64,000 nt of DNA from Ostrea edulis. Taxonomy: Eukaryota. This document shows positions 61,373-64,000 of this stretch, one piece after another; the stretch's first letter is position 1, and each line of letters opens with the position of its first letter. The position numbers and the translations under genes were made by a program. Under the pieces are notes generated by a model. That model saw only the letters and a list, made by a program, of their open reading frames with translations. It was not told the DNA's origin and did not search any database. The DNA is taken from the NCBI RefSeq assembly GCF_947568905.1, contig NC_079164.1, positions 10,354,001 to 10,418,000 of the forward strand. The letters run 5' to 3'.

Positions 61373-62012
61373 ACACAAGAGGTATTGTGAGCACTGCTCA
61401 CTAAGAATACCCCCCCCCCCCCCCGCTTACCCCAATCTCCCAAAGGGTGTTGTTAATAGGTATAAATTACCTCTTTCCTGGGTGTAAAAATATGATATGC
61501 CTTTGCAGAAGAAAATGGAAGATATAGTCCGAACACAAATCCATAGCATAAACCTATAATTTTGACCTTGAGATCAAAGGTCAAGGTAATAAAGAGGTCA
61601 TAAATGTACATGATACATAGTCTCATGGTGATACACCCATGTCGTATGGTATGACAATGTCAAAACCCTATAATCAATTTTGACCTTGAGGTCAAAGTTC
61701 AAGGTCATGAAGGTACCCGACACATCGTCTCATGGTGATACACTCATGTGTCAAATATGGTATGCCTATGTCAAAGAACAAAGAAGTTATGGCTCGGACA
61801 CGAATCCATTGTAAAAAACCTTTAATTTTGACCTTGAGGTCAAGGTCATATAGAGGTCATGAAGGTACTCGAAACATCGTCTCATGGTAATCCACCTGTG
61901 TGCCAAATATGGTATACCTAAGTCAAAGAACAACGAAGTTATGGCCCGGATACGAATCTGCAGACAGACAGATTCCTATATACCCCCCTTAACTTCGTTC
62001 GGAGGGTATAAT
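61373..62012 (-). mobile_element. HINE-like element related to 60223-60586, with ~3 internal tandem units
   Basis: Near-identical first ~100 bp; TTTTGACCTTGAGGTCAA repeats; AGACAGACAG tract. Confidence 0.8.
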
Positions 62013-63004
62013 AATAAACAAAACCCGACTTTTCTTGAATTCGAAATTTTGAAAAGCTTAAAAAAAAAATTGTATGTGTGTTTAGTATGTAAAAAATTCA
62101 AATAATCATTCAAAACCGGCATAGATTTCCAGTATCTACCCCATGACTATTGGTATGTGGTACAAATGTACATGTACAAGTAAAAAAAATGATTACAGCT
62201 GAGTAGTAACCAGTTGAGCAGACTTTTGGGAGATGGAACACCCTTGCACCCTTTTAAAACTTAATCTTCTAAATGTGTGAAATACCATGTCCCTGAGAGT
62301 GTTTGCTGTCAAAACACGGGCGATACACAAAATCAGGTATAAGGAGGCGCACAAATTCAGTAGTTGATGTATAAGTAGAATACAGGTGGAAAAAATCGGA
62401 AGAAAAAGAGTCTATTAAAATATATGTAATAAACAATGTAATTTACTGATTTTTCCTTTCAAATCGGAACTCTCTGTTAGTGTTAATTACAAATAATTGT
62501 TTCTAGATAAGCAAATGTTTATGAACTTCAGATGAGGGAGCTTTCAGATTTACTGTCCTCGGTGTGCTTGGCAAACCACTGCCTGTTTTCCAGATTACCT
62601 AAAAAAGATAATTTTCACCCTCTCTAGACAGACAAATAGCTCTTCTTCTGCCTTAAAATCGACAGCTTTATGTTCTCCTTCAATATACTGCCTCTCCTCG
62701 ATTATTAAAATAGCTTCTTTAACAAAACGAATATAACTTTCGGAAAGTATTGTACTTTTCATTGGATTTGATATACGATCCCAATAGTTTCCGAAGCTAC
62801 ACGATAAACGATTTTCACGATAAACGGAAAAACTGATACACGCAAAACACGATAGACTTGATAAATGCAAAACACGATAGAAAACGGAAAACCTGATAAA
62901 CGCAAAACATGATACAATAGCATACACGCACGATACGATAGGATATACGCACGATACGATAGGATACACGCACGATAGAAATGTCAAGAATAACGTTGCG
63001 GGTA

Positions 63005-63565
63005 CTGTATTATTGTTAATAGAAAAATCGTCGATATATCTAAATGTCGAAGTGAAGGCCACGCAGGAGATTTCTTCTTCTCATGTAGAAATTTTTGAAT
63101 CAATTCTATTTCATATGAATATAAAAACAGGTCAGCTAACAAAGGAGCAAAATTCGTGCCCATGGAAATTCCAACACTGTTGGAAGATCTGATCACCAAA
63201 CACAACGAAGATATTGTCAATGAGGAAATCTAGCATGTTTTAAATTTCAACTTCAGAGTACTTGTGCGTGGAATCAGAGTAGTGTTTACCAAAATAATTT
63301 TTTGGATGACCGATCGCTAGATATGAATATTTCCGTTTGCCATTTTTGTTGAAGAAACAACTGATTATTTCAAAAAGTCTAGTCTTTGATTTTTCGTGAG
63401 AAATGGTCGTGTAAAGTGTTGAAAAGTCATAAATTTTGATGTTGTTGATTTGAGAAAAGTTTTGCGATTTCAAGTTTACTAAAACTTATTTAGATTTTTC
63501 AGAATCTACATTTGATTTACACCACTTCTGGCATAAGTAGTCGCACAGTAAATTTCAAGTTTCTC
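63005..63565 (-). mobile_element. Degenerate Penelope-like RT fragment
   Basis: KIYDFSTLYTTISH, GISMGTNFAPLLADLFL, FRYIDD. Confidence 0.88.
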
Positions 63566-64000
63566 CTTCACAGCTCTTAATATTTTCGTGAAGAGCAAAA
63601 ATAGGGACTAGGTAGTGCACTTGCTGGATCCAGCAATGTATCTTTGTAACTTTATTTCATTTATAATAGACATCCTCCAAGTATCACATCTTATCTTGGA
63701 AAAGAATGATAATGAATATATTTACTGAGGGTGTTTTTACGCTTTTAGATATCAAGTGATGGTATTAAAACGACTTCAAACATGAAACTTGCAATGAGGA
63801 ATTAACCATCATACTTAGGCTAAAAGAAAAAAAAATATGGTGTTGCAATAATTTTTCCATGTTAATATACACAAGAGTATAAAAACGAACCGTAAATGGC
63901 AAAGGGATGAATTAATAAACATGAAGTCATTAGGCATGGATCACAAGGACGTCCATGACCCTGAGGGGATTCTACATGCTGTGAGGACCATTAGCCACAT

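Overview
Eukaryotic, AT-rich, repeat-dense DNA. The repeat content (HINE elements carrying a ~167-bp HindIII-type satellite, tRNA/Deu-type SINEs, Penelope-like fragments) points to a bivalve, most likely an oyster; this is an inference. I found no rRNA, true tRNA gene or CRISPR array. The main feature is a full-length DIRS1-type tyrosine-recombinase retrotransposon (1080-10805, minus strand) with ITRs, an ICR and open RT/RNaseH/MT and YR frames. Its ORF1 is split by an L1/Tx1-type LINE (15-bp TSD, poly(A)) whose complete ORF2 is present as two stop-free halves in opposite orientations, the geometry expected from twin priming. Other contents: many Naiad-like Penelope fragments whose terminal 43-mer is amplified into two arrays; a minimal hammerhead ribozyme; a SINE-in-SINE-in-PLE nest; CR1 and Sola-like remnants; several HINEs and minisatellites; a two-exon TLC-domain membrane-protein gene (minus); and weaker evidence for a plus-strand micro-exon gene and decayed LRR and EGF genes. 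All comparisons and translations beyond the supplied ORF track were done by eye; no database searches were run.
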